Origin: Chloroflexota bacterium
Lineage (GTDB): Bacteria; Chloroflexota; Limnocylindria; QHBO01
DNA: 56,901 bases
Assembly (NCBI GenBank): GCA_020848055.1
Contig: JADLBB010000185.1
Span: 1 to 56,901 of the forward strand
Direction: 5' to 3'
Within the stretch, counting starts at the first letter, position 1. Every line of letters begins with the position of its first letter. A model generated the notes under the pieces. It was not told where the DNA came from and made no database searches. It saw nothing but the letters and a program-made list of their open reading frames with translations. Of the stretch, positions 1-7,556 are shown piece after piece. The position numbers were made by a program, and so were the translations under genes.

Positions 1-127
1 CTACACGGGCGTTCGGTCGGAGATAACAATTACATATCAGGATCAGTACGCATTTGGGTCCTTGAAACTTAGCAGGAACGTGCGTGCAATGATCTTGAAA
101 TCGAGGAGCAACGACCAATTTTCAATA
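1..127. repeat. Terminal identity, copy 1 (identical to 56775-56901)
   Basis: Read base by base: ctacacgggcgttcgg...caattttcaata occurs at both ends. The repeat begins exactly at base 1 and ends exactly at the last base. Confidence 0.95.
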
Positions 128-129
128 GA

Positions 130-157
130 GGGTTGCTCCCGGCAGCAGCCCTTTTTT
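130..157 (+). terminator. Rho-independent terminator downstream of int (across the circular junction)
   Basis: 8-bp stem gggttgct/agcagccc with a 6-nt loop, followed by TTTTTT. Confidence 0.7.
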
Positions 158-257
158 CGGCTGGTTGAGATGACAGGGAGGGCGGTACCACGAGGTACGG
201 CTCCAGTTCCCCCGCCCGCTTCGCCGCTGCGCAACTCAAGCTCTCACGGAGCATAAC

Positions 258-665
258 ATGACCCAGGACGCCCTACCCCGCGAGCAGACAGCCAGCACTC
301 CGGCGGTGCCACCGAGACCGGTCCGTCGGGTCCCTGCGCGCCGACTCGATGTTCTGCATTTCATTGCCAGCTTTATCGACTCCAATGGCTACCCGCCGAC
401 CATCCGTGAAATCGGCACGGGCTGCACGATTCTATCGACCAGCGTCGTCAATTACCACCTGGACAAGCTGGTCGCCGGCGGCTCGGTCGAGCGCGACGAC
501 TTCACGTCGCGCGGGCTGCGCGTCACCGACCTCGGGTGGGCGCAGCTCGGAATCGCCGTGCCCGGCGCAGAGTGCGGATGCCTCGTGTCGGCGGTTCGTG
601 CCGCAGTCGAGGCCGGCGAGATCCTGCCGGCCGGCGTCTTGGCTGCATACCGGGCGGTGGCCTGA
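258..665 (+). CDS. LexA-type winged-helix DNA-binding protein lacking the S24 peptidase domain (repressor-like)
   Basis: LDVLHFIASFIDSNGYPPTIREIG...STSVVNYHLDKLVAGGSVER...RGLRV matches the LexA N-terminal DNA-binding domain pattern. Only about 45 aa follow it, which is too short for the Ser/Lys autocleavage domain. GGAG lies 7 nt upstream of the ATG. Confidence 0.75.
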   Translation: MTQDALPREQTASTPAVPPRPVRRVPARRLDVLHFIASFIDSNGYPPTIREIGTGCTILSTSVVNYHLDKLVAGGSVERDDFTSRGLRVTDLGWAQLGIAVPGAECGCLVSAVRAAVEAGEILPAGVLAAYRAVA

Positions 666-946
666 TGGCCCGCCCGTTCCCGGTCTACCCGCCTCAGCTG
701 GCGTTCCTCGGCGTGATCGACAGGACGAGCCTGCTGCGCCGCGCGTGGTCGGACCAGGAGCTGCCGCCTGTGTACTTCGGCGTCGGCACGATCGACGACG
801 CGCTCAGCGAGGCCGACGCCGTCGGCGTGACCGCGGTGTGGTTCCGCGGGCGCGTGTGGACGCATGACGGCGGCAACGGATGGTCGACGGCGATGAGGGC
901 GGTGGAGCGATCAGTGCCGACGCGCCAGATGGCACTGGGGGTCTGA
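665..946 (+). CDS. Hypothetical protein, translationally coupled to the LexA-like gene
   Basis: The ATG overlaps the upstream TGA (TGATG). 93-aa ORF with normal composition. Confidence 0.55.
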   Translation: MARPFPVYPPQLAFLGVIDRTSLLRRAWSDQELPPVYFGVGTIDDALSEADAVGVTAVWFRGRVWTHDGGNGWSTAMRAVERSVPTRQMALGV

Positions 947-957
947 GGTGTACACGA

Positions 958-1029
958 TGCGCGGTGGAGCAGCGGTAGCTCGGGGGTCTCATACGCCCCA
1001 GGTCGCCGGTTCGAGTCCGGCCCGCGCAA
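958..1029 (+). tRNA. tRNA-Met (anticodon CAT); an Ile2/lysidine identity cannot be excluded
   Basis: Hand-folded cloverleaf. Acceptor tgcgcgg/ccgcgca, D arm gagc..gctc, anticodon stem ggggt/gcccc with loop ctCATac, T arm gccgg-ttcgagt-ccggc, discriminator A. No CCA is encoded. Confidence 0.85.
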
Positions 1030-1199
1030 CTACGTCGATTCTCGGTCTGGCCGAGAAGCCCCGCTGCGGTACGAGCCGCGACCTGGTAGTCGTGTTGGGA
1101 AGGCGGCGAGCCCCGGGCAGCGCTCGGAGGTCCAGCCGGTGGCACGAGGGCCGACCGCAGGGTCCGGACCAGCGCGCCGTCTTCCCGCACGGCGAGTTA

Positions 1200-1799
1200 T
1201 CAGCGCCTGGGAGCACGGTATCCGGCAGCCACAGCGTCCTCCGGCGTTGCGAAGCACTCCTCGGGCTGAGTGCGCTCGTAGTTCGGCGACGAGTAGTCGT
1301 GATAGATCCAGCCGTTGCTCCCGCGGTTGCCCTTCACTGGAAACTCCGCTGGGCATGCCGACCCTTGGGGCGCGCCGCTGCGCCTGGCGGGTGGTGGAGC
1401 CTGCGCAGGTTGCTCGACCGGTGGTGCTATCAGTGGCTGGATCGCCGCCGGCGGTGCCTCCGTGGGTAGCACCGGCACCGCGGTCGGCGGCACCGGCGCT
1501 TCCGTCGCCGGCTCTCTCGTCTCCGTCGGCGGTCGCGGCGTCCGCGTTGGCCCCGTGGTGCGCGTCGGCGCCGGCGTCCTCGAAGGCCGCGCCGTGTTCG
1601 TGGGTCGCGGCGTGGGCGTCGGTGCGTCAGGGAGGACCGTCGTCGCGACCGCGCCGCAGAACCAGCAGGCGAAGCACGGGATCAGCAGCGCGATCGCGAT
1701 CCCGCCGCGGCCGGCCTTCCAGAGGGCGAGGTACTTCGCCCAGGCGCCGACGGCGAACTGGCGGACGCGGACGATGGGCGGCTCGTTGACGGGCGTCAC
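1200..1799 (-). CDS. Membrane-anchored protein with a Pro/Thr-rich linker and a small C-terminal Cys-bounded domain (sunset-domain-like)
   Basis: N-terminal TM segment (GGIAIALLIPCFACWFCGAV), a long P/T/A linker, and the C-terminal motif CP..FPVKGNRGSNGWIYH..SPNYERT..ECF.TPEDAVAAGYR. GTG start with GAGGAG 7 nt upstream. Confidence 0.7.
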   Translation of the reverse strand: MTPVNEPPIVRVRQFAVGAWAKYLALWKAGRGGIAIALLIPCFACWFCGAVATTVLPDAPTPTPRPTNTARPSRTPAPTRTTGPTRTPRPPTETREPATEAPVPPTAVPVLPTEAPPAAIQPLIAPPVEQPAQAPPPARRSGAPQGSACPAEFPVKGNRGSNGWIYHDYSSPNYERTQPEECFATPEDAVAAGYRAPRR

Positions 1800-1851
1800 G
1801 GTGGGGCTCCTCGATGTGCGGTTGGTGCGGCGAGGTGGGCTAGGGGTCGGG

Positions 1852-2778
1852 TTACTTCGTGCATACGACCAGCGAAGCGGCGTCTATGTGCCACCACGTG
1901 CTCTGGAAGAAGTCGTTCTGTGCGGAAAAGTACAAGACGATCTCTTGCCATCCAGCGCGAAACTGCGCGGTCACGTCGAACGCTCGTGCGCGCCAGTCTC
2001 GGGGTCCCTCCTTGTTCCAGAGCAACTCGAGGTTGTGTCGACAATCCGAGCACCTGAGCACGTCGGGGTCCTGGACGTTGACGATGAGTGCGTCGGTCCG
2101 CTCCAGTTCGCCGACGGATCTGCCACGCAGCTGGTAGCGAACAGTTGCAGATACCAGCCGACCGGGAGGCGGGGGCACGATCCTATTGCTCTGGACGCGA
2201 GAGTACGAATCGTCGTCAGGCGGCCACATTTCCAGGAATCGGCTCCCCTCGAAGGGGGTGTCACCGGACCGGCCTGTTGTATCTGCTATGCCCTGGCCAC
2301 TTACATCCCAGAAGGCGAGGCCGTCCTCGAACCCTCCGTTGCGGATTTGCTCAGCACAGATTGGAGTGGGAGTGACGGCCGGGGTGGACGTGCTTGTTGC
2401 GGTCGCCATGTGAGTCGCGGTGGGCGTGCGCGTGGTGGTGGCCGTATGTGTGGCCGTGGATGTGAGGGCGATGAGGGTGGCCGCGACGGAGGTCTGAATG
2501 CGATCGGGCGTGTCGGTCGGCGTCGGAGCGCCGGCAGTGAGGGTGGCCGCCACAATCGTTCCCACGACGTCGGATGTGCCGGTTGCGGTCGGCGGGGGCG
2601 TCGCTGTAGGCGTGCGCGTGATCATCGCGGTGGGCACGTCGCGATAGGCGATCGCTCCGCGGGACAGGCTCGGCAAGTAGATTTTCGATTGCGTGTCGCC
2701 GGGCTGCTGCGCCGACACCCGAGTGCTGATGAATACGGCGGCTATGACGATGGCAACGACCCAACCTATGCTGCGCAT
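1852..2778 (-). CDS. Secreted protein: signal peptide, Thr/Pro linker and a C-terminal jelly-roll/CBM-like domain
   Basis: Start chosen at MRSIGWVVAIVIAAVFISTRVSAQQ (signal-peptide-like, GAGGA upstream). T/P/A-rich linker. The C-terminus reads ICAEQIRNGGFEDGLAFWDV, typical of CBM4/9-like galactose-binding folds. The longer 440-aa ORF was rejected. Confidence 0.65.
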   Translation of the reverse strand: MRSIGWVVAIVIAAVFISTRVSAQQPGDTQSKIYLPSLSRGAIAYRDVPTAMITRTPTATPPPTATGTSDVVGTIVAATLTAGAPTPTDTPDRIQTSVAATLIALTSTATHTATTTRTPTATHMATATSTSTPAVTPTPICAEQIRNGGFEDGLAFWDVSGQGIADTTGRSGDTPFEGSRFLEMWPPDDDSYSRVQSNRIVPPPPGRLVSATVRYQLRGRSVGELERTDALIVNVQDPDVLRCSDCRHNLELLWNKEGPRDWRARAFDVTAQFRAGWQEIVLYFSAQNDFFQSTWWHIDAASLVVCTK

Positions 2779-2905
2779 GATGGCATCCTCATTGTTCATC
2801 GACGGATCGCGGCAGATTGCCAGAGGACGACGGACCATGCAAGTGACCGAGGCAGCACCCTTGGTAATCGGTGGCAACCTCCACCCATTCGGTACAATCC
2901 CCGTC

Positions 2906-3184
2906 ATGTCCGAACGGAAACCCGACCACCGGGGCGTGACCGCCCAGCGCGCGATCCTCGCCGAGCTGCGCCGACGCGAGCGTGCCGAGCCGCCTTTGCA
3001 GGCTCCGTCACTGCGCGAACTCGCGGCGGCCATCGGTCTGACATACATGCCGACTCGGCGCCATGTAATCAAACTTGCCAGCGATGGCCTCGTCGCATGG
3101 CTGCCCGTTCCTCGCGGGAGATCGTCGGTTCTCTCTCTGACGATAGCCGGGCGCACAGCGGCCGACTTGTCCACAGGGGCTTGA
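2906..3184 (+). CDS. Winged-helix transcriptional regulator (MarR/LexA-like wHTH)
   Basis: AQRAILAELRRRERAEPPLQAPSLRELAAAIGLTYMPTRRHVIKLASDGLVAW. Divergent from the 1852-2778 operon. The start is uncertain (an alternative ATG lies at 2837). TACAAT lies 8 nt upstream of the 2906 ATG, so the transcript may be leaderless. Confidence 0.6.
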   Translation: MSERKPDHRGVTAQRAILAELRRRERAEPPLQAPSLRELAAAIGLTYMPTRRHVIKLASDGLVAWLPVPRGRSSVLSLTIAGRTAADLSTGA

Positions 3185-3209
3185 CGTCTGATTTAGTCTA
3201 TGGTACGCT
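3181..3209 (+). promoter_or_regulatory. Sigma70-type promoter for the rightward early operon
   Basis: TTGACG-N17-TACGCT, located upstream of the first early gene (3292). Confidence 0.5.
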
Positions 3210-3291
3210 CTGTCCCGTAACAACCGAAACGGCCCCGCGCGGTGGTGGAACACCGACACGGGGCCTGACGCCACAGGAGGTACTATCTCCC

Positions 3292-3516
3292 ATGAGCGCT
3301 ACCGCGCATTCTACCCGACGCGCGCGTGCTGGCACGCGCACACATGGCCGGCCCCGTCCGGCCGCCCCGCCCCCCATCTCAGCCGAGGCCCTCGGCGAGA
3401 TGACCGACGCCGACCTGCGCTGCATCCAGCGCTACGGCGAGACCACCGCGGTGCGCTACGCCGCGACGCTGGTCCTCATCGGCCGCGCGACGACGAACCT
3501 GGCGGTGCTCTCGTGA
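3292..3516 (+). CDS. Hypothetical early protein (74 aa)
   Basis: AGGAGG lies 11 nt upstream of the ATG. This is the tail of an otherwise spurious 733-aa ORF. Its stop overlaps the next start (GTGA). Confidence 0.6.
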   Translation: MSATAHSTRRARAGTRTHGRPRPAAPPPISAEALGEMTDADLRCIQRYGETTAVRYAATLVLIGRATTNLAVLS

Positions 3517-4046
3517 CCGCCTACGCCCCCGTCGCCTTCCTGCCGGCCCTGCCACCGCCCGCCCCGACGACCGAGGACCGCGCCCGCGAGGTCGCCGCAC
3601 AAGTCTCCGCAGACATCCGTGCGGCGCGCATCGAGCGACTGAACCCGACCCGGGTGAAGCGCGCCACCCTGCGCCGGATCAGCTTCGACGCGTGGTACAA
3701 AGGCCTGCGCGCCCATGCCAACGCCCACGACGCCCTGAGCGGAGCGCGCGCGCGCTGGTCGGCAACGGAGATCGAGCGCGGCGCGAACGGGACGTACCAC
3801 CCGCAGGTCCAAGGCGCTGCCCGGCTGCTCGTTTCCCTCGGTCGCGGCCACCTCGTCTACGAAGGCTACGACGACGTGATGACGGGCGGTCTGGCGATCA
3901 GCTACTGGACCGACCCCGACGACCGCAATCAGGTCACGACGGCCAGCGAGCGCCACGTGCTCCACACGCTGGGCGAACGCGCTGCGAAGCGGGCGCTAAA
4001 AGCGCTTGCGATCGGCCTCGAGCACGTGGGCGAGGTGGCGCGATGA
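3513..4046 (+). CDS. Hypothetical early protein
   Basis: GTG start overlapping the upstream stop. 177-aa ORF with protein-like composition. Confidence 0.6.
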   Translation: MTAYAPVAFLPALPPPAPTTEDRAREVAAQVSADIRAARIERLNPTRVKRATLRRISFDAWYKGLRAHANAHDALSGARARWSATEIERGANGTYHPQVQGAARLLVSLGRGHLVYEGYDDVMTGGLAISYWTDPDDRNQVTTASERHVLHTLGERAAKRALKALAIGLEHVGEVAR

Positions 4047-4411
4047 CGCGCCGCATCGTGGACCACGAGACCACGCTCATCCCGCTGATGATGGCCGTCG
4101 CCGACGCGCCGGACTGGATGGCGCGCATGTGGATCTTCGCGCACGCGCCGTCTCGCCGTGCCAACGTCGAGTTCGGTCGCAACTCCTGCTGCGACGCCGA
4201 AGAGGTGGCGACCGAGTTTGCCACGGACGTGGCCACCTTGCGCGCTGGCGGCGCCCTTCATGTGTGCCAGGACTGCGGAGTGCCGATCGCCCCAGCATGG
4301 TTCACCACGCCGACGCACGCATCCACGAGCACCGTCTGCGCCGAGTGCTGGACCAAGTACCCGGCGCCCGTCCACGTGCGCTTCGAGCGCAGCGAGACGT
4401 GGGGGACCTGA
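4043..4411 (+). CDS. Hypothetical Cys-rich (zinc-ribbon-like) protein
   Basis: ATGA overlap with the upstream gene. Contains CQDC...CAEC cysteine pairs. Confidence 0.55.
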   Translation: MTRRIVDHETTLIPLMMAVADAPDWMARMWIFAHAPSRRANVEFGRNSCCDAEEVATEFATDVATLRAGGALHVCQDCGVPIAPAWFTTPTHASTSTVCAECWTKYPAPVHVRFERSETWGT

Positions 4412-4713
4412 TGGCCATCCACGATGTGATCGAAGCCCTTCTCGTCGGCGCACGCGACGCGCTCGACGATGACTTGCGCCCTACAGAGCCCGGACCAGTC
4501 AAGGTCGTCACGCTCGCGCCGCAGGACGCCGACGTGCTGCTGCGCATCATCGAAGCGACGTGGGAAGCGCTGTGCGCAGGCCATGTCACAGGCGCATCGT
4601 GCGATCAGCTGGACCGCGCATTCGAGGATCTCGCAGCGGCCGCTTCCGGCCCGGTCACCCAGTGCAAGCAGGACACTCTCCCCACGACCGCACCCTTGGC
4701 GGTGGTTCGATGA
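4411..4713 (+). CDS. Hypothetical early protein
   Basis: TGATG coupling with the upstream gene. 100 aa, acidic. Confidence 0.55.
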   Translation: MAIHDVIEALLVGARDALDDDLRPTEPGPVKVVTLAPQDADVLLRIIEATWEALCAGHVTGASCDQLDRAFEDLAAAASGPVTQCKQDTLPTTAPLAVVR

Positions 4714-5000
4714 GCGCGCTCGCACCCACGCTGATCGACCGCACAGCGATGCTCCTTGCCGCCGATGGCGCAGCTGAGGCCTCGCGCCTCCTGCGTGTCG
4801 CAGCCGAAGGCACGTCGCAGCCGGCCGCGCCGAACAGCGCCCTCACGGTGGTGCTCGCGGGCGTGGTCCTGGAGCACTGCCCCGTCACGGCCGAGACCGC
4901 GCTCCGAGCCGGTCAGGCCCTCGCCGCAGCTGCTGCCCGCCGCCTGGCCACGATGCCAACAGCCACCAGCCAGGAGGACACCGATGCCGCAGGCGCGTGA
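4710..5000 (+). CDS. Hypothetical early protein
   Basis: ATGA coupling with the upstream gene. 96 aa, Ala-rich. Confidence 0.5.
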   Translation: MSALAPTLIDRTAMLLAADGAAEASRLLRVAAEGTSQPAAPNSALTVVLAGVVLEHCPVTAETALRAGQALAAAAARRLATMPTATSQEDTDAAGA

Positions 5001-5331
5001 CATCGACTCGACCGAGGAACTCGGCCGGCTTCGGCGCCATCGAGAGATGGTCCTCACCGACGTCAGCCGGGCGCTCGCAGAGACGGCCGAAGCGATCGGC
5101 ATCCTGCGCATGGTGAACAACGACGTCGACCGTATGTACGGCTTGGCCGGACTCAGCCCGAGCGAGCCGGACGCGTTCAAGGCCAGGGCGGGCGAGCTCC
5201 TCGACCAGGTGATCGTCTGGCTCCGCCGGGACCACCACGACGAGCTCGACGCGAGCGCAGAACGGCAGCGCCAGATCGACACCCTGGCCAGGGTCGCACA
5301 GCTCCTGGCCATCCCGACGGGCGAGGCATGA
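4984..5331 (+). CDS. Hypothetical early protein
   Basis: AGGAGG lies 6 nt upstream of the ATG at 4984. 115 aa. Confidence 0.6.
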   Translation: MPQARDIDSTEELGRLRRHREMVLTDVSRALAETAEAIGILRMVNNDVDRMYGLAGLSPSEPDAFKARAGELLDQVIVWLRRDHHDELDASAERQRQIDTLARVAQLLAIPTGEA

Positions 5332-5332
5332 G

Positions 5333-5527
5333 ATGGACGTGACGTCGCCCATGCCAGCGCCCGCAGTGCGTCTCGCAGACGCCGCCCCTCTGCTGCGATC
5401 GGTCTTCGAGTGGCTCGAGGCCCAGCGCGATGAGGCAGACCGGGCAGACCGATCCCATTGGCAAGACCAGATCCACAACCTCGGCGGGGCGATGGCGATC
5501 CTTCGCCTGCCGATCACGGAGGAATGA
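5333..5527 (+). CDS. Hypothetical early protein (64 aa)
   Basis: ORF with a GAGG upstream. Its stop overlaps the next ATG (ATGA). Confidence 0.5.
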   Translation: MDVTSPMPAPAVRLADAAPLLRSVFEWLEAQRDEADRADRSHWQDQIHNLGGAMAILRLPITEE

Positions 5528-6639
5528 CCATGACCATGTTCAAGAAGGCCGAGCGGACGCAGGCCAAGGCACGTGTCGCGCTCATCGGACCCAGTGGCAG
5601 CGGCAAGACCTACACGGCGCTGCGCGTCGCCGCCGGACTCGGGACGCGTATCGCGGTGATCGACACCGAACACGGCTCGGCGAGCAAGTACGCCGGTGTG
5701 CCCGGCCTGCCCGAGTTCGACGTGCTGGAACTCTCGCGCCACCACCCGGACGAGTACATCCAAGCCATCCGCGCAGCGGAGGCCGAGGGCTACGACGTGC
5801 TCATCATCGACAGTCTCAGCCACGCATGGAACGGCCGCGACGGCGCCCTGGAGCTTGTCGACCGCGAGGCGAAGGGCAACCGCGACAACAGCTTCGTCGC
5901 CTGGGCAAAGGTCACGCCGCTGCACACCCGACTGATCGACGCGATCACGGGCGCTCAGGTCCACCTGGTGGCGACGATGCGGGCCAAGACGGAGTACGCC
6001 CTCACCAGGGACGAGAAGAGCGGGAAGATGCGACCGGAGAAGGTCGGCGTCGGGCCGGTCCAGCGCGATGGGATGGAGTACGAGTTCGACTTCGTCGTCG
6101 AGCTGGATGCGACGCACACCGCTCGCATCACCAAGACGCGCTGCGCCTCGCTCGACGGGTGGGTCGAGGAATGCGCTGGCGAGGCGTTCGGCGAGCGCAT
6201 CGCCACTTGGTTGGCTGATGGTGTGCCGGTCCAGCCGACGTCCGGCAAGTGGAGCGCGCTCATCGTCAAGGCCACCGCACCACGCTCTGCGCTGCAGACG
6301 ATGCTGGCGATCTGGCGCGGCGAGCCGAACACACTCATCCGCGCTGCAGCGCTCCTCGAATGCGCCGGCCAGTTCTTGGTGGTCACCACCCGAGCTGCCG
6401 AGATCGCGAACGCGATCGACTGGGCGGAGCAGTCCGAAGACATGCGCGTCGGCACCGAGGTTCTCGCCCTCTGGCGGCGCGCGCTCGACGAGCGGATGGT
6501 GGCGGAGGAGGCAGCGGCGGCATCGGAGCCCGATCTGGCCGAAGCCGCCGGCGACAGCCCGGAGACGTGGCCGTGGGGCGGCGCTGACGAGTCGGACGAG
6601 CTCGAGGCCGAGCGCATGGAGATGGCGGACGCCGAGTAG
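5524..6639 (+). CDS. Sak4-like AAA_24 (RecA-fold) ATPase, recombination/annealing accessory protein
   Basis: Walker A motif IGPSGSGKT and Walker B motif VLIIDSLSH. The overall pattern (VIDTEHG...NSF..W..VT..H..L...I......HLV.T.R.K) is typical of phage AAA_24/Sak4 proteins. An extra acidic C-terminal region of about 160 aa follows. Confidence 0.75.
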   Translation: MTMTMFKKAERTQAKARVALIGPSGSGKTYTALRVAAGLGTRIAVIDTEHGSASKYAGVPGLPEFDVLELSRHHPDEYIQAIRAAEAEGYDVLIIDSLSHAWNGRDGALELVDREAKGNRDNSFVAWAKVTPLHTRLIDAITGAQVHLVATMRAKTEYALTRDEKSGKMRPEKVGVGPVQRDGMEYEFDFVVELDATHTARITKTRCASLDGWVEECAGEAFGERIATWLADGVPVQPTSGKWSALIVKATAPRSALQTMLAIWRGEPNTLIRAAALLECAGQFLVVTTRAAEIANAIDWAEQSEDMRVGTEVLALWRRALDERMVAEEAAAASEPDLAEAAGDSPETWPWGGADESDELEAERMEMADAE

Positions 6640-6655
6640 GCGCACGACACCGCGA

Positions 6656-6695
6656 GGGTGAGTCGGCGATGCCAAGTTCGAACGCCGGCTCACCC
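6656..6695 (+). terminator. Hairpin terminator after the ATPase gene
   Basis: 13-bp stem gggtgagtcggcg/cgccggctcaccc (one G:U pair) with a 14-nt loop. No U-tract follows. Confidence 0.45.
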
Positions 6696-6712
6696 TACCG
6701 GAATGGAGGGCA

Positions 6713-7210
6713 ATGACGATGGAAGCAGATCAGTTCTACGCCGCCTCGCTCGAGGTGGCCCGTGAGCAGACCGCCGAGCTGCGCCGGATCCGGGTGGCGA
6801 TCGAGCAACTGAGCGCCGCGGCGGACGAGACGTGGGCGCAGGGCAACCGAACGGCGCCGGCTCAGCTCGCCCTCGCAGCAGCCGAGGCCACCAACGGCTC
6901 GAAGCCGTCGAGCAACGGCCACAAGCCGGCAGCGACGCCGCAGCCGCGCACGGACCCCTTCGGCCACGAGCTGCCCCGCGGCGTCTCGTGGGACGCGAGC
7001 GGCGAGGTCTGGCAGGTGGACGTCACGCTGCCTGGACGACCGCGCCGCCGCGTGCGCGTGCCAGCCGGTCGATTCGTCGGCCATCCCGCCCTCGGCCTTG
7101 CCGAAGCGTGCCGCGTGCGCGCTGTGCTGCAGGGCATCGACACGAAGGTCCACCTGGCCGCCATGCATCCGGACACCGCGAGGGACGTCGCATCGGCGAC
7201 AGCTCCCTAA
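6713..7210 (+). CDS. AP2-like DNA-binding domain protein
   Basis: LPRGVSWDASGEVWQVDVTLPGR..RRVRVPAGRF...LAEACRVRA resembles the AP2/ERF-type beta-sheet DNA-binding domain seen in phage proteins. GGAGGG upstream of the start. Confidence 0.5.
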   Translation: MTMEADQFYAASLEVAREQTAELRRIRVAIEQLSAAADETWAQGNRTAPAQLALAAAEATNGSKPSSNGHKPAATPQPRTDPFGHELPRGVSWDASGEVWQVDVTLPGRPRRRVRVPAGRFVGHPALGLAEACRVRAVLQGIDTKVHLAAMHPDTARDVASATAP

Positions 7211-7217
7211 ACAAATC

Positions 7218-7265
7218 AGGCGCCCGGGTCGGCCGATGCTTGGCGGCTGACCGGCCCGGGCGCCT
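7218..7265 (+). terminator. Strong GC hairpin after the AP2-like gene
   Basis: aggcgcccggg...cccgggcgcct outer stem plus an inner tcggccg/cggctga stem. Confidence 0.45.
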
Positions 7266-7295
7266 CCTGCAGAACTCCTTTGGAGGAGGTCCTAC

Positions 7296-7556
7296 GTGGA
7301 CAAGCCTACCACGCCCCCGGGCGCACCCCCAGCGGTGCCCCGTCGGAGCATCGACCGCATCCTGGTCGACGCGTACGCGGACCACCCTGGTCGCGTGATC
7401 GAGCTCGCGCTCGAGCCACACCTGGGCCACACGCCCACGGTGCGCATGTTCGGCGGCACGCTCGCGGATCCCGACGTGCGGCTCGTCGTGAACGAGTGGG
7501 CGGCGATGATCGCGAACTGCGTGCCGAAGGGGCCACGGCGCGAGGTGCGATCGTGA
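7296..7556 (+). CDS. Hypothetical protein (86 aa)
   Basis: GTG start preceded by GGAGGAGG. GTGA coupling with the next gene. Confidence 0.55.
   Translation: MDKPTTPPGAPPAVPRRSIDRILVDAYADHPGRVIELALEPHLGHTPTVRMFGGTLADPDVRLVVNEWAAMIANCVPKGPRREVRS

Noticed and set aside
1-127. The terminal 127-bp repeats as attL/attR of an integrated prophage, or as a biological direct terminal repeat
   Set aside because: The repeats coincide exactly with the window ends, with no flanking host sequence, and their length is that of a typical assembler k-mer overlap. This cannot be fully excluded without reads.
1030-1199. A possible second tRNA or other RNA gene after tRNA-Met
   Set aside because: I could not fold a cloverleaf, and there is no T-loop (GTTCRANNC) motif.
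1315-3516. 733-aa plus-strand ORF spanning 2.2 kb
   Set aside because: Its Arg/Gly/Ala-rich composition is typical of off-frame or antisense reading in high-GC DNA. It runs antisense through two well-supported reverse-strand genes and across a divergent intergenic region. Only its last 74 codons (3292-3516), which have a strong SD, were kept.
4885-6693. 602-aa minus-strand ORF
   Set aside because: It is an antisense shadow of the coupled early operon, including the Walker-motif ATPase. It has an Arg/Gly-rich sequence, no SD and no recognisable motif.
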